A DNA stretch of 64,000 nt from Paraphysomonas bandaiensis (lineage: Eukaryota; Protista; Chrysophyceae): contig CBFFRP010000079.1 of NCBI GenBank assembly GCA_965644295.1, positions 124,001-188,000 on the forward strand, given 5' to 3'. Positions within the stretch are counted from its first letter, which is position 1; each line of letters begins with the position of its first letter. The notes under the pieces are model-generated. The model worked only from the letters and a program-made list of their open reading frames with translations, was not told the origin of the DNA and did no database searches. Both the position numbers and the translations under genes were made by a program. Shown piece by piece: positions 1 through 12,800 of this stretch.

Positions 1-9
1 AAGTACTAC

Positions 10-409
10 CTCAGAAAATACTTTTCGGACTTCCTCTTCAGAATAGGATTTCGGCAGTTGGGAAACATGCAGCTTTCTATTTTGGATATCTTCCGGTTTA
101 CGTCTTGCTAAACTAACTTTCAGTTGTTTATTGCCTAATTCTAATCCATTTTTTGCTGATATCGCAGCTGCTGCATCATCAGCACAACTATATTTTACAA
201 ATCCATATGTTAAACTTTCTCCTGTTTCTTTATTTCTTGCAACTTTAGCTTGTATAATCTCTCCATGTTCAGCAAACATATTCTATTATATACATACATA
301 TACATCTATTAAACTAGTATTCATAACAGTATATATGGACCCTTACCCTTAAGCCTGCATCATCAATGTATCTTGGTAGATAATTAATAATAAGATTACA
401 TTGATCCAT
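10..409 (-). CDS. ELAV/Sex-lethal-like RRM RNA-binding protein, 5' part (gene runs off the window start)
   Basis: Manual splicing of exons 409-347 and 282-10 (GT-AG intron 346-283) gives MDQCNLIINYLPRYIDDAGLRNMFAEHGEIIQAKVARNKETGESLTYGFVKYS...LKVSLAR...KLHVSQLPKSY. This has RNP2 (LIINYL), RNP1 (YGFVKY) and the start of a second RRM. Confidence 0.88.
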
Positions 410-718
410 GATGATAATCTACAGATATATATATATATAGAGGTGTGTGTGTGTGTATGGAGTTATCTATAGGATTATATGATAGAATAGATAGTTTAAA
501 CACCTTCCCTCTTATTCAGTTATATCCTAATAAACTTTGTATAGGATGATAATGAATGAAGTGTTCCTTCTATTATTAAAGGAGTTGTAAGGTATGTGAT
601 TACATGAGATGGTGTGTATATATCAACAACAATGAATACTAAGAAGGGGTCCGTATGTATATATGTACTGCTGGATATTAATGAGAGATGTTGTTAGGTA
701 CGATCATTGAAGGTATAT

Positions 719-996
719 GATTGGTTTAAAAATCATGGATTTCTTGAAGAAATTAATTAAGATGAAATTATCGAACATTCTTTTATTGCAGTTACAAATT
801 ACGTACGATGTAATATCTTCAAATGAATTTTATAACGTTTTTTCTTATAGAAAATCTAGTTTTTAGGAATTATCATGCCTACTTCTTGTGAAGAGTATGT
901 ATAATAAGTGTCGAAAAGAGAAAAAATCCGGCGTTTTCAGTTATATTCCGTTTTTGATAATCAATAGAACGAAAAAAGGGTGATTTTACACCAATC
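719..996. mobile_element. Putative MITE (~278 bp)
   Basis: Imperfect terminal inverted repeats GATTGGTTTAAAAATCA (719-735) and TGATTTTACACCAATC (981-996), with TATAT on both flanks and an A-tract-rich non-coding interior. Confidence 0.5.
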
Positions 997-1060
997 TATA
1001 TTGTAGTCATTAAACCCCTTATTTGTATACATGTACATCTATGCTGTACTGTGGGTAGAG

Positions 1061-1310
1061 GTATGTATGTATGTATGTATGTATGTATGTATGTATGTAT
1101 GTATGTATGTATGTATGTATGTATGTATGTATGTATGTATGTATGTATGTATGTATGTATGTATGTATGTATGTATGTATGTAGGTATGTATGTATGTAT
1201 GTATGTATGTATGTATGTATGTATGTATGTATGTAGGTATGTATGTATGTATGTATGTATGTATGTATGTAGGTATGTATGTATGTATGTATGTATGTAT
1301 GTATGTATGT
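1061..1310. repeat. (TATG)n/(CATA)n microsatellite, ~250 bp
   Basis: Direct reading; a few TAGG variant units. Confidence 0.98.
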
Positions 1311-1460
1311 ACGTACGTTTGATAGGAACATATTCTTGCCTCTCTGTGTATGTATGATATGAGTATCTGTTCTATTGTATGATGTGTATGGGTATTCCTA
1401 GTGCCATATATCTGTATCTTAAAGGCATAATTCACTTCCAATCATAACATTATCAACACA

Positions 1461-2039
1461 ATGACATTCATATCAATAATCACTCTATCTCCCCATGGAG
1501 ATGATAATGAATCTGAGATCCTTACATACTTGCAAGCAGACTATACACGTGAATTACTCGCATCTAATTTAGGTGTCACTGCAGTGGAAATATCAAAAAT
1601 CACTATTAATACAAATAAAAAAATTGAAATCAGACAGTATATAGATAATCATGAGAAGTACAATGTATTTATATCCAATACATTAACTCTTTTAAGTAAT
1701 GCATTAGAAGAGCGATTTGTTGATACAAATAAAGCACATGAGATTGAAACATATACAGGAGAACGAATCCTTCGACAAGGAAATGAACAGACTCATATGG
1801 AATCTCATTCTTCTCATGCTCATGGGCATGGTCATGGTATTCAAAGGGATAAATCGAAATGGCCGGAATTAAAAAATAAACCACTTGATGAGGTTGTGAC
1901 AATTATTAAATCCGAACGGCCAGATTTGAAAGTTCTGGAAGTTCCTCAAGGTGCCATGGTGACGATGGATGTACGGATGGACAGGGTCCGTGTGTACCAT
2001 AGAGACGGTAAAGTCACGACTGTACCTAAAATTGGATAG
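1461..2039 (+). CDS. Potato inhibitor I family (I13) serine-protease inhibitor domain with N-terminal extension and His-rich linker
   Basis: The C-terminus KSKWPEL...IIKSERPDLKVLEVPQGAMVTMDVRMDRVRVYHRDGKVTTVPKIG matches the family pattern WPEL...VTxDxRxDRVRV...PxIG. Confidence 0.88.
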   Translation: MTFISIITLSPHGDDNESEILTYLQADYTRELLASNLGVTAVEISKITINTNKKIEIRQYIDNHEKYNVFISNTLTLLSNALEERFVDTNKAHEIETYTGERILRQGNEQTHMESHSSHAHGHGHGIQRDKSKWPELKNKPLDEVVTIIKSERPDLKVLEVPQGAMVTMDVRMDRVRVYHRDGKVTTVPKIG

Positions 2040-3012
2040 TGCCGTATGCTAGTGGCGGAGGAAAGATTTACCCTTTCGTTATACATGCTGTGATTAAAGT
2101 AGTATTTCGATCTTGTCTATTTCATAATGTCTGATAATATAATGCATGCTTTAAGTCGTCTCGTGAGAATCTTTTGTCTCCACCACTGTACAGTGTTGAT
2201 GGATGATCAAATATTCATAGGTGACTATGTCCTGAAGGTGAAGAATATGTTTTCTACTAGTAAGGCTAGGGTTTATATAATATATAATACTTAAAACTCA
2301 CATTCCAAGTGTATTTGGGGGGTTGTTTATTGCGGGTCCTATAAATTACGGTTAAATTTAAACAAGATACAACTTTCTACTTCTAAATGTCTATTATTTC
2401 TTTTTGTTAGTACCTCAAGAGTATCCATCATTTAAAATAATTCATGTAGCTATTTCACCCAAAAATCCGCAGTGTGATTGTAATTTCAATGAAACTTTTA
2501 CAACTACCACTCATAAATATAGAAATATTATTGTATCTTTCTTGAGACTTGATTAATATTTGCCACCCACTGTAACTTATATAAATTGAAGATCACCAGT
2601 ATAAGTGAATTAGATTAACGGAATGGATAACTGTATATTTGCTACACACAAGCATTTTAAAACTACGAAAGCTTGCAGAGCATGGTCAACTCGCTAGCAA
2701 CCTGTACCTGTTCAAAGAGATATATATATACTATATACATAAGTATAAGTGGTTATTTAAGACTGACATCATTATACTTCTGTATTCTCAGCTCGTAATA
2801 GCTATTTGTGAAGAATAGCGGCAACTAAGCCACTTAGTGGCTTCAGTGCTCTCGTATCCAATCCATAACATTTATGTGCAAAAGAGCTAGAACAGTGAAT
2901 TATACGGAGTTAAAAAGACTTATTTTGAAGTGAACATAACGTTATATCCGCGCTCAGACTGACATTAACTGAATATGAACTACATATGCAATTACTAACG
3001 AGCATGTAGATA

Positions 3013-3473
3013 TTACGGATTTGCTTTCTGCATGAGCGTTATACAGTCCCCTTTCAGTAATATCCGGCCTGCAAAGGAAATCAATATAAACTTTTCTTAT
3101 TCATGGTCGCATTACCTATAGCAGTGCTCTCTTGAGTCTTCACATTAACCTCAGAAGCTTCGTCTAAAACAATGTTCATATACTCATCAAACCCCTAAAA
3201 AACAAATACATCGTCATCATATATATACACACACGCATAACCATAATAATACTTACAATAATAATGCCTTCAATTCTCATTGATGTATTCTCATAAAGCC
3301 ATATTTGTACACGATCACGCTGTAATTAAATCAAGTAAAATAAGTTAATATACACGTATGTCTATATATATATGTATATATATTACCTTCTGCAAGTGCT
3401 CGTATATGACATTAATGGCCTGGGTCATAACCTTCTTGACCCTTGGGGCCCCTCCTTGTCCACGATATGACAT
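3013..3473 (-). CDS. SNRPE: Small nuclear ribonucleoprotein E (SmE), 94 aa, 4 exons
   Basis: Exons 3473-3387, 3319-3257, 3194-3116 and 3068-3013 with GT-AG introns give [66 protein letters not shown]...GRILLKGDCITLMQKANP*, containing the Sm1 and Sm2 motifs. Confidence 0.96.
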
Positions 3474-3540
3474 CCTAATCGAATTGAAGGTGATGCTGCA
3501 AACTCAAACTGACTTTAATGAGGCAGTAAAACCCAGAGCC

Positions 3541-4677
3541 CATACATACATACATACATACATACATACATACATACATACATACATACATACATACATA
3601 CATACATACATACATACATACATACATACATACATACATACATACATACATACATACATACATACATACATACATACATACATACATACATACATACATA
3701 CATACATACATACATACATACATACATACATACATACATACATACATACATACATACATACATACATACATACATACATACATACATACATACATACATA
3801 CATACATACATACATACATACATACATACATACATACATACATACATACATACATACATACATACATACATACATACATACATACATACATACATACATA
3901 CATACATACATACATACATACATACATACATACATACATACATACATACATACATACATACATACATACATACATACATACATACATACATACATACATA
4001 CATACATACATACATACATACATACATACATACATACATACATACATACATACATACATACATACATACATACATACATACATACATACATACATACATA
4101 CATACATACATACATACATACATACATACATACATACATACATACATACATACATACATACATACATACATACATACATACATACATACATACATACATA
4201 CATACATACATACATACATACATACATACATACATACATACATACATACATACATACATACATACATACATACATACATACATACATACATACATACATA
4301 CATACATACATACATACATACATACATACATACATACATACATACATACATACATACATACATACATACATACATACATACATACATACACATACATACA
4401 TACATACATACATACATACATACATACATACATACATACATACATACATACATACATACATACATACATACATACATACATACATACATACATACATACA
4501 TACATACATACATACATACATACATACATACATACATACATACATACATACATACATACATACATACATACATACATACATACATACATACATACATACA
4601 TACATACATACATACATACATACATACATACATACATACATACATACATACATACATACATACATACATACATACAT
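3541..4677. repeat. (CATA)n microsatellite, ~1.14 kb, nearly perfect
   Basis: Direct reading; a single CA slip near 4389. Confidence 0.99.
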
Positions 4678-4729
4678 TCATCTCATTACTTTTCAATATC
4701 TATTCACGTCATAACAATCAATCTCTATC

Positions 4730-7054
4730 ATGATCCCTCTCTACCCTCTTCTCCTCTCACTTCCTCTGATCTCCTCCCTCTCTTCTCATGATCCTATCTC
4801 TCTCTTATCTCAAATGAATCTCACTGAGAAGATCAGTATGCTACATGGTCATAAGGGTCTATATATCGGTAATATATATGGGAATGAACGACTTGGTATA
4901 CCATCAATAAACATGCATGATGGTCCACAAGGATTTCGTGTTACTGCAACTACAGGACCTGAAGGATCAACTACAGCATGGCCCTCTGCATTATCATCAG
5001 CTGCTTCATGGGACACTCAACTCATATATAAGTGGAGTGCTGCAATGGCATATGAATTTAAAATGAAAGGTGCTAATGTTCAATTAGCACCTGGAATTGG
5101 AATTGCACGTGTACCGACTGCTGGACGGAATTTTGAGTATCTTTGTGGGGAAGATCCTTATCTAGGTAGACAATAGCAGCTGTTTATGTTGCAGTTTATG
5201 TATTTGGATTCATTTCGGTTTCTTGACAGGGGTTATCTTGGTTAAGCCTGCTGTGGAAGGTATTCAATCTCAGGGCATTATAGCTAACGCCAAGCATTGG
5301 GTTAACAATGAGATTGAAGATCATAGAGTGCTGGTATCAGCTAATGTTGATGAACGCACAAGGTATTAGCGCTTTCAAATATATTTGATTGCTACAATGA
5401 TTGTCACTTCTGGATTTGTGCTTAGTTTTTTTGTTATTCGCACAGATTTGAACTATATTATCCTCCGTTTGACGCGGCAGTTCGAGCCGGTGTGCATTCT
5501 GTAATGTGCAGTTACAACCGTGTGAATGATGTTCATGCCTGTGAGAATCCCGACACGCTTTCTCACCTACGAGATACTATGGGATTCAAAGGTACTCAAT
5601 AGTATTGTGTATGATGTATTGTCTTATTTTATTTTGTTCGGGTAGGTTGGGTTTTATCTGACTGGACTGCGACTCATAGCACCGTGGAGTCATTAAATGC
5701 TGGTATGAATCAAGAGATGCCTTTAGGAATTTACTACAGGTAAATCAGACCTAGTGTTGCAGTTTATTATATGTCATCCGAAATAAATACTATCAGAGAG
5801 GATGCAGTATTGGCAGCGCTAGATGCTGGTGAGGTGTCAATGGATGTCATCGACGATAGCGTACTACGTATTTTGACCGCTATGTTTGACATCGGACTCT
5901 TCGACCATCCTCCCACAGGAGATCGCAACGCTGTGGTGACCAGTGACGAGCATAATGCTTTGGCGCGAGAAGTTGCTGCAAAATCAACTGTGTTATTGAA
6001 AAACGATGCTGTCGATGGAACACCACTTCTCCCACTCAATCCACAAGGCATGTCATGTATAGCAGTTATTGGTGACAACGAGACAGTCAGTGGTAAGGGG
6101 TCAGGTCGGGTCGTACCTGCCTACACAGTCACACCTGCCCAAGGAGTAGCAAATGCTCTACAGACCATGGGATACGAAGATGTCAAAGTTGAATACAGTG
6201 ACGGAAAAGATCCCGCTGTCGTTGAATCTCTTGCGAAATCATGTGATGCAGTCATTGTAAATGTGGCAACGTCATCAGGAGAGGGAAATGATAGAGAGAC
6301 GCTAGCTTTAGATGGTGATCAAGATGACTTGGTGAAGACAGTGGTAGCTCTTAATTCTCATACTATCGTTTCTGTTGTAACCCCGGGTGCTGTTCTAATG
6401 CCATGGGCAGTTGAAGTCCCCTCGTTGTTGATCAGTTGGCTGCCAGGACAGGAAGCTGGAAACGCTTTGGCTGATGTACTCTTCGGTGTCGTGAACCCAT
6501 CGGCTCGGCTTCATGTGACCATGCCCAATAAAGACAATGAAGTGGGATTTTCCCGCAGCCAGTATCCTGGAGTAGGTTTTCCTCCCGAGGCAACTTACTC
6601 GGAGGAACTTTTGATTGGGTATAGGTACTATGAAGCTACCGGTATTGTCCCGAAGTTTTGTTTTGGTCACGGACTGTCTTACACATCGTTTGAATATTCG
6701 GATCTGAAACAGATCACAAGCAACACACAGTCTATGAGCTTAGATGATGTTGTTGCTAGTTTTGAGGTATCTGTGACGAACAATGGAGTAACTGACGGAA
6801 GTGAAGTGGTACAGCTGTACGTGACTTTTCCAGAGTCTACCATGGAGCCACCCAAAATGCTGAGAACTTTTAAGAAGCTAGCTATTGGTGCGTCGCTGAC
6901 GAATCGTGTCGACCTTGAGCTTACCAAGCGTGAACTGTCCATTTGGAACTCTAACATACATGCATGGGAAATGATACCTGGAAAGTATACGGTTCACGTG
7001 GGGGCATCATCATGTGATATCCGTCAGGTCATTGAATTTGATGTCGAGGCTTAA
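4730..7054 (+). CDS. Secreted glycoside hydrolase family 3 beta-glucosidase, 5 exons
   Basis: Exons ~4730-5165, 5230-5362, 5446-5591, 5646-5739 and 5797-7054. Hydrophobic N-terminus; motifs DGPQGFR, GRNFEYLCGEDP, KHW, MCSYN, GWVLSDW (nucleophile), EGNDR and FGHGLSYT; C-terminal FnIII-like domain. Confidence 0.95.
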
Positions 7055-7731
7055 GAAATGTATCTGTGAATTCGAATGAGTAAAATGAAATATACGGACC
7101 TTGCGTTTCCTAATTCTGTATGAAGCGATTTTGTAACCAGATTGATATGTGCCACAAACAAAGGTAATTGCACGTAGCATTAAATATCCATATGCAGATG
7201 CACTGCGTGCATGAGTGAAGTGATATATATTGACACCGTCCATGCTAATATCACCCCTGCGTCATGTGTTGGAATCATTCTTACTAAATAATGTCAATTT
7301 CTACTGAAACCTAGCATCTATTCTCGACACTACGTGTCATCCGATAAACTCCAACATGCAAAACCTTATTCAGCAGTAATTGTGGGAGCTCCAAGTAGTG
7401 GTAATTAATTGTCCTCGTTTCGTGTGATCTTCTCTGGTGCCAACACATACACAATTCTTTCATTATCCATTCCGCTACGCTTCATATCTTCATATATCGC
7501 ACTCTGTAAACAGTAAACAGGACCCTAATGCACTGCTGCACCAAGACATAGATTTAATCAATATTCCTAGCATACAATGTGATGTTACAACATTGCAGAC
7601 TCAAGGCAGTGCGCTACAAAACAATATTGATGTGAAGTCCTTATTTTATTTCGATTATTTTGAATCTTGTTTACAGAGGGCAATACGAAGCGTAGCAAAA
7701 TGGAGTGTAACTTGTATGCCCTGTTTACAGA

Positions 7732-7789
7732 TTTCGCCAGGAGTGTGGAATACACTCTGCGTATTATCCATATACTCCAGGATCGATAA
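7732..7789. repeat. Degenerate copy of 8071-8125 (last codons of the 3beta-HSD-like gene)
   Basis: tttcgccag(gag)tgtggaatacactctgcgtattatccatatactccaggatcgataa versus tttcgccagtgtggaatacattctgcgtattatccatatactccatgatcgataa: a 3-nt insertion and 2 substitutions. Confidence 0.85.
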
Positions 7790-8065
7790 TGTGAAGTGTA
7801 GCGGAATGGATGATGAAAAAAATTGGAAAATATTATAATTGCTGTGAATATGTATCTAGAAAAAAATCATTTCTACTATATGTTCCGCCATATATCATAT
7901 TATTATTAAGTAGTGGAAGGTCATATTAATTCTGTAATAGAAAACATCTTCTCGTGAAGCAACTATGTAAAAGGGGTGCATAATGCTATCAACTACATTC
8001 AGTTTGATATTGTGTCCCATTTACAGCAACACAATTAACACCCGTCATATTATAATAACAGGTAA

Positions 8066-9377
8066 CTAAGTTTCGCCAGTGTGGAATACATTCTGCGTAT
8101 TATCCATATACTCCATGATCGATAACTGAATCCCTTCCTCCACTGTAAAAACGGGAGAGTATCCAAGCACATCCTTTGCTCTGGTGGAGTTGACCCGCAT
8201 ATCCATATCCATTATGCGCAATGCAGTCGGGGTAAGATACGAGAGTGGTGGGTCCAGCTTGGGAAAGCGATGCGTAAAAATGCGCTGCAATGCCTCAATT
8301 ATGTAGGCAAGTACCCATATTAACCTAGGTGGTCCAGCAATTGCCTTTATACTTGGACAGTAATGAATTATCATAGATCGAAAGTCATTGTTATACATAG
8401 CCTTGTTATCTGTAAGAAGAAACGCCTTGCCATCCACTCGTAAAGATTCATCCACAACAGGTTCCCGTAATTTCGCTTCAGCTAATAGATGAGCATATGC
8501 CACATTATCCACATATTCCCAATCTAATAACATACTAAATCCAAGAAACATATATTGCATATTTTGTAACATATCTTGCAAGACAAGACTGTCATATGCA
8601 CCAAATATACCAAATGGTCGTATAGATACAGTCTTCATAGATGACTGATTGGCTGATAATACAATCTGCTCAGCTAATGCTTTCGTTATCCCATAATGAG
8701 ATGTCGCTGTTTGATAAGATACATATGGATCAGTTTCATTGATCTCAATGATCGTATTCTGTGTGGTAGTAGGTACAGTCACATGTGCTGTACTTGTTTG
8801 TATGATATACTTTACACCTGCTTCTTTACATGCTTTAATGATGTTATATGTCCCTATTCATATGAAGATAATCAATTGATTGATAAGAATGTTTATAATG
8901 ATGATTACCTGTGACGTTAATATCATATGAATGACTGTATTGATATACTAACTTATCCATGAATCGTATAGAGGCTGCTGTACAATATACAGTATCAATC
9001 CCTATACATACTTTACGTATCTTTTCATAGTTTATAATATTGCCATATACGTATATAACTCTATGATCATTTCTCCACTTCGACTTCATATTATTGTCAT
9101 ATATTGTAATATTTTTTTCCCCACGTTGTAATAAACTTTCAATTATACGTGTACCTAAAAAACCACATCCTATTATAAGATACCGTTCCCCGGTAAATGG
9201 ACAATTTTGTAATGATTGATACCATTTTCTTTTACATTCATTTAATGTTAGATGAATACGTGAAGATGTGGGATCAGGAGCAGCAGTGTTGATTTGGGAT
9301 GGAATTTGTGCAGGTTGTAATAGCCATGCAATGAGGGCTAGTAAGGCACCAACAGATATTAGAATAATAATGAACAT
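8066..9377 (-). CDS. 3beta-hydroxysteroid dehydrogenase / NSDHL(ERG26)-like extended SDR with N-terminal membrane anchor
   Basis: Exons 9377-8909 and 8853-8066; motifs IIGCGFLG, NVTGTYNIIKAC, YGITK (YxxxK), IRPFGIFG and YVDNVAYAH. Confidence 0.9.
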
Positions 9378-9870
9378 TGATGGGGTAGAGAATGTGGTTT
9401 AATAGTGCAATGCTATGCCAAGATGATAGATGTGTGTAGATAGATACATATGCGCACATACGTGTATATATAAGCTTTGGCATCCGCATATACTGCTGCC
9501 TGTACAAGATACGGTAGAATACCGTAGAATACATTACTGTATAATTAGGATGTAACTGTACATTATACAGAGACGTATACAGTTGTATACACTCTACATG
9601 CAGATGGACACGTACAGCAGTAGTGTACTTATATACATCTACTCCAGTACACACATGCACATATATATATATGTAATGTCTGTCTACACATACAGTACAG
9701 CAGTACAAACACCTGTACATACATACATATTTACACACATCTCTATATATACACACACATCTCTATATACATATATATATAGCTACTGGAAGGTTCTTAA
9801 AGATAAATAGTCTAATAGACGAAGGGAGGATCAGCCTCAACTATAAGTTCTTCTTGAAGCTATTGATCAT

Positions 9871-12800
9871 ATGGAGAATAAAGCAGATCAAAGTCAGCTT
9901 CCGACCATATACATACAGGTACATCACAGTCACATGGTTATGTATGTATATATATGTATATATACACATACATGAGAGTCATATAGTTATAGTATTATAT
10001 GTATGTTTTATGTATGTGAAGGCACTTATACATGTGATGTTTTACATGTTTCTTATACAGCCGATGGACGGTGACTGGAGTATGGGTGAGGAGTATCCTC
10101 TACAAGTCTCAATAGATATCACTGTAGTAGCGCTAATGAAGCTTATCGAAAAAATGAAAGGAATCCCTGCTTACAGGCAACAAGTAAAGCTTAGTGGTGG
10201 TAAACTTGTACCTAAATCAAGAGAGATATGGGCATTACGTCGCCATGGAATACAGAACAACTCCAGAATAAAAGTTGAACCCACAAGACCTGGCGCCTGG
10301 CTATGGAACGATATCGAGTATTACGTGAACAAACTCTTGGGTGAAGTAGTCGATATTCTGGCTATTAGAGATGGTCCAATGCTCCTGACTGAACTGAGTT
10401 CTCTGATTAAATACCCTCCTTGCTTCAACTACTCACTCAGAGTATTCCTGCGCAAGTACCCAGACCAAATTAGACTTCGAACCGATGTCTCGAGCGACAA
10501 GATATGGGTCAGTCTTGCACAAGGAATCCAGTTACCTACTTTTGAAAATGCTCCTATTAACTTAGGCCGGGTTCCCGAGTATGATGTAGATAGACTGGAT
10601 TGGGAAGACTACAGCGATGTTGACTCAGTGAAACCCATTGAAAGCTCTGTTACACTCCCCGACGTGTTCTATGATATCGCAGTTTTCAGTGGAAAAGCAC
10701 TGGCAAGTAACGGTGATATTCTGGTTACTAATCCTTTTGTGGTTGTATTGCTGGATGGTAAATACATTGGCCACTCTACCGTGCGACCTGCCAGTCGATC
10801 ACCAGAGTGGGACTCGGCTCGCTTTCGAGTGGGGTTACCTTTTGGTTGTAATATGGGTGATTATACGCTCTCGTTTGAAGTCTGGAACGTTGAGCGGGCT
10901 CCTATTCCTAAAGGAGGTATGCTACTGGAGAAGAAAGTTATACTTCAGAGGCTCCAGTACGTTGATATATCGCGGTCGCGCTTGGCTGACTTCTTGCAGC
11001 CGTATGGAGTGGACATCTTTCATGACTTCGCATTGACAAGTGTAGCTCACGAGGCTAGACAGGCTGAACTGCGACGGCAGGAACTTGAACAGGCAACAAC
11101 AGAACAGAATGAGAATGGTGAAGAGCAAGGTGAAACCGAAGATGAGGTAGAGCGAGAAGCCGATGATTCCCAGCCTGCAGCTAAGAAAAGTGAAGATGAG
11201 GAAGAGGAGGAAGAAGAAGAGCTTGCATATAGCTTCCTAAATAAAAAGGAAGAAAAACCCGTGGAGATTCCAGTTTGTTCCCCGGAGGAACTTTTGCAGA
11301 CTTCTATGCATGGGTCACTCAGACTGATGGGATGCCGATCTATATATCAGCTTAAAGTACGAGCGGCTTTCGAACTTTATAGCCACGAAACCGAATTGTC
11401 AGAGGAGATGCAGCCCTTCATCATCGTACACTGGAATGGTGTAGATATTGGCCAAACAGATTTCAGGAAAAACACGCGATGGGCTTCATGGGATAATGCT
11501 ATATACAATATTCCAGTTCCTGGAAACATGGAACCTGGTCAATGTACTCTGAAATTGGAGGTCTGGAATATGGGTGTCATGGGAGGAAATAAGACCCTAA
11601 TGAGTAGTGTGACCCTCAACGGGCGATTGTTGCGGGAATTTTTAACTAAAAAGAAACCGTTTGCTACTCGGCAGCAATTCGATCTAAACTTGCGCCCGTT
11701 ACAAGGTGAATCAAAAGAAGATAATAAGCCGAATAAAAAAAAGGATAAGGGAAAGAAAAATAATAAAGCATCTCATAGCGGTGGTGGTTATGTATCTTTA
11801 TTGGGTGGCCCTGTGGGACTACAGGAAAAAGATTTGCGCATGTATGAAGTGAAGTTTCTAGTGGGAAGTTCGCTTGCCCGTGACGAGGTCTATTGTATTC
11901 TATATTGGAACTCTGTTGAAGTCGGACGAACCAACTCTGCACCGAGTACTACAGAGAAGCTTAACTCTAAAATGAATACAGTGAAGTGGTACTGGAAGAG
12001 AAATAAATTTGTCTTTGGTATTCCAGCGAACGAAGTTATTAAGAATTGCGAGCTCAAGATAGATTGCTATGATCCAACTACCAAAGGAGTCAACAGCTAC
12101 CTTGGAATGGCCTCTCTGGCAGGAGAGGAGCTTGAAGCATTTCTATGTCAAGAATTTGCTATGCAACAACAGGTTACGCTCAAAAAGGACCCGAAGAAAG
12201 ACGATAAACTTAGGATTCAGAAAGGTACCCTTAGTATACGAGGAGGATCCCTAGGTTGTAGGATGGAGTCGGAGCGCATCATAGATATTCGAGGTTGTAC
12301 TGGCTTGTCAATGCTGACTTCAGGAGAGACACCGCCTGTACCTTGCTACTGCATCGCCTACTGGGATGCCAACTGCATTGGTAAAACGCGATCTGTAGGG
12401 AATGATGGCAACCCATCATGGGAGTGGCGTGACGACCGTTGGATATTTGCTGTTGATGTAGTTGGCTCTGCAATGTATTATTCAAACTCTAACCTTGTAA
12501 TTGAAGTCTGGGAAGGTGAGAGTGAAGATGAGGACAGGTCTACCCATGTGTTTATAGGGTCATGTGTGCTGACTGGCAACCCTTTGCATGATGTGCTTGA
12601 AAATTTAAAGCCGAACACTATTCAGGTCCCCCTGAGCAGTGTGACTTGGGAGAGCACCCAGATATCGAAGAAAAATAAGCGCAAGACGAAATCGAAGAAA
12701 GGAGAGGCTGACGTGCCTCCGAACCCCAGAGTGCAGGGCTATATGACCGTAGGAAGTCCTGGTGTAAAAGATAAAACCCCGCTTGAGGAGTATGGAAGAG

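Noticed and set aside
1359-1460. In-frame TGA/TAA near 5' ends (also 29929) as evidence of a reassigned genetic code
   Set aside because: Conserved genes terminate at TAA (SmE, GH3, DOCK), TAG (inhibitor, SDR) and TGA (CobW) and show no internal stops, so the code is standard.
2821-2849. Short palindrome AAGCCACT-T-AGTGGCTT, and hairpins near 30903-30931 and 50207-50227
   Set aside because: Isolated and short, with no shared sequence or supporting element ends; compatible with chance.
3541-4677. Telomeric or interstitial telomere repeat
   Set aside because: The unit lacks a G-rich telomere motif, and arrays occur internally in both orientations at gene 5' ends.
3358-4791. Long YIHT/MYVC-repeat ORFs here and at 996-1441, 14868-15577, 23386-24048, 34595-34979, 36923-37775
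   Set aside because: (CATA)n has no stop codon in any frame, so these ORFs are artefacts of the microsatellite.
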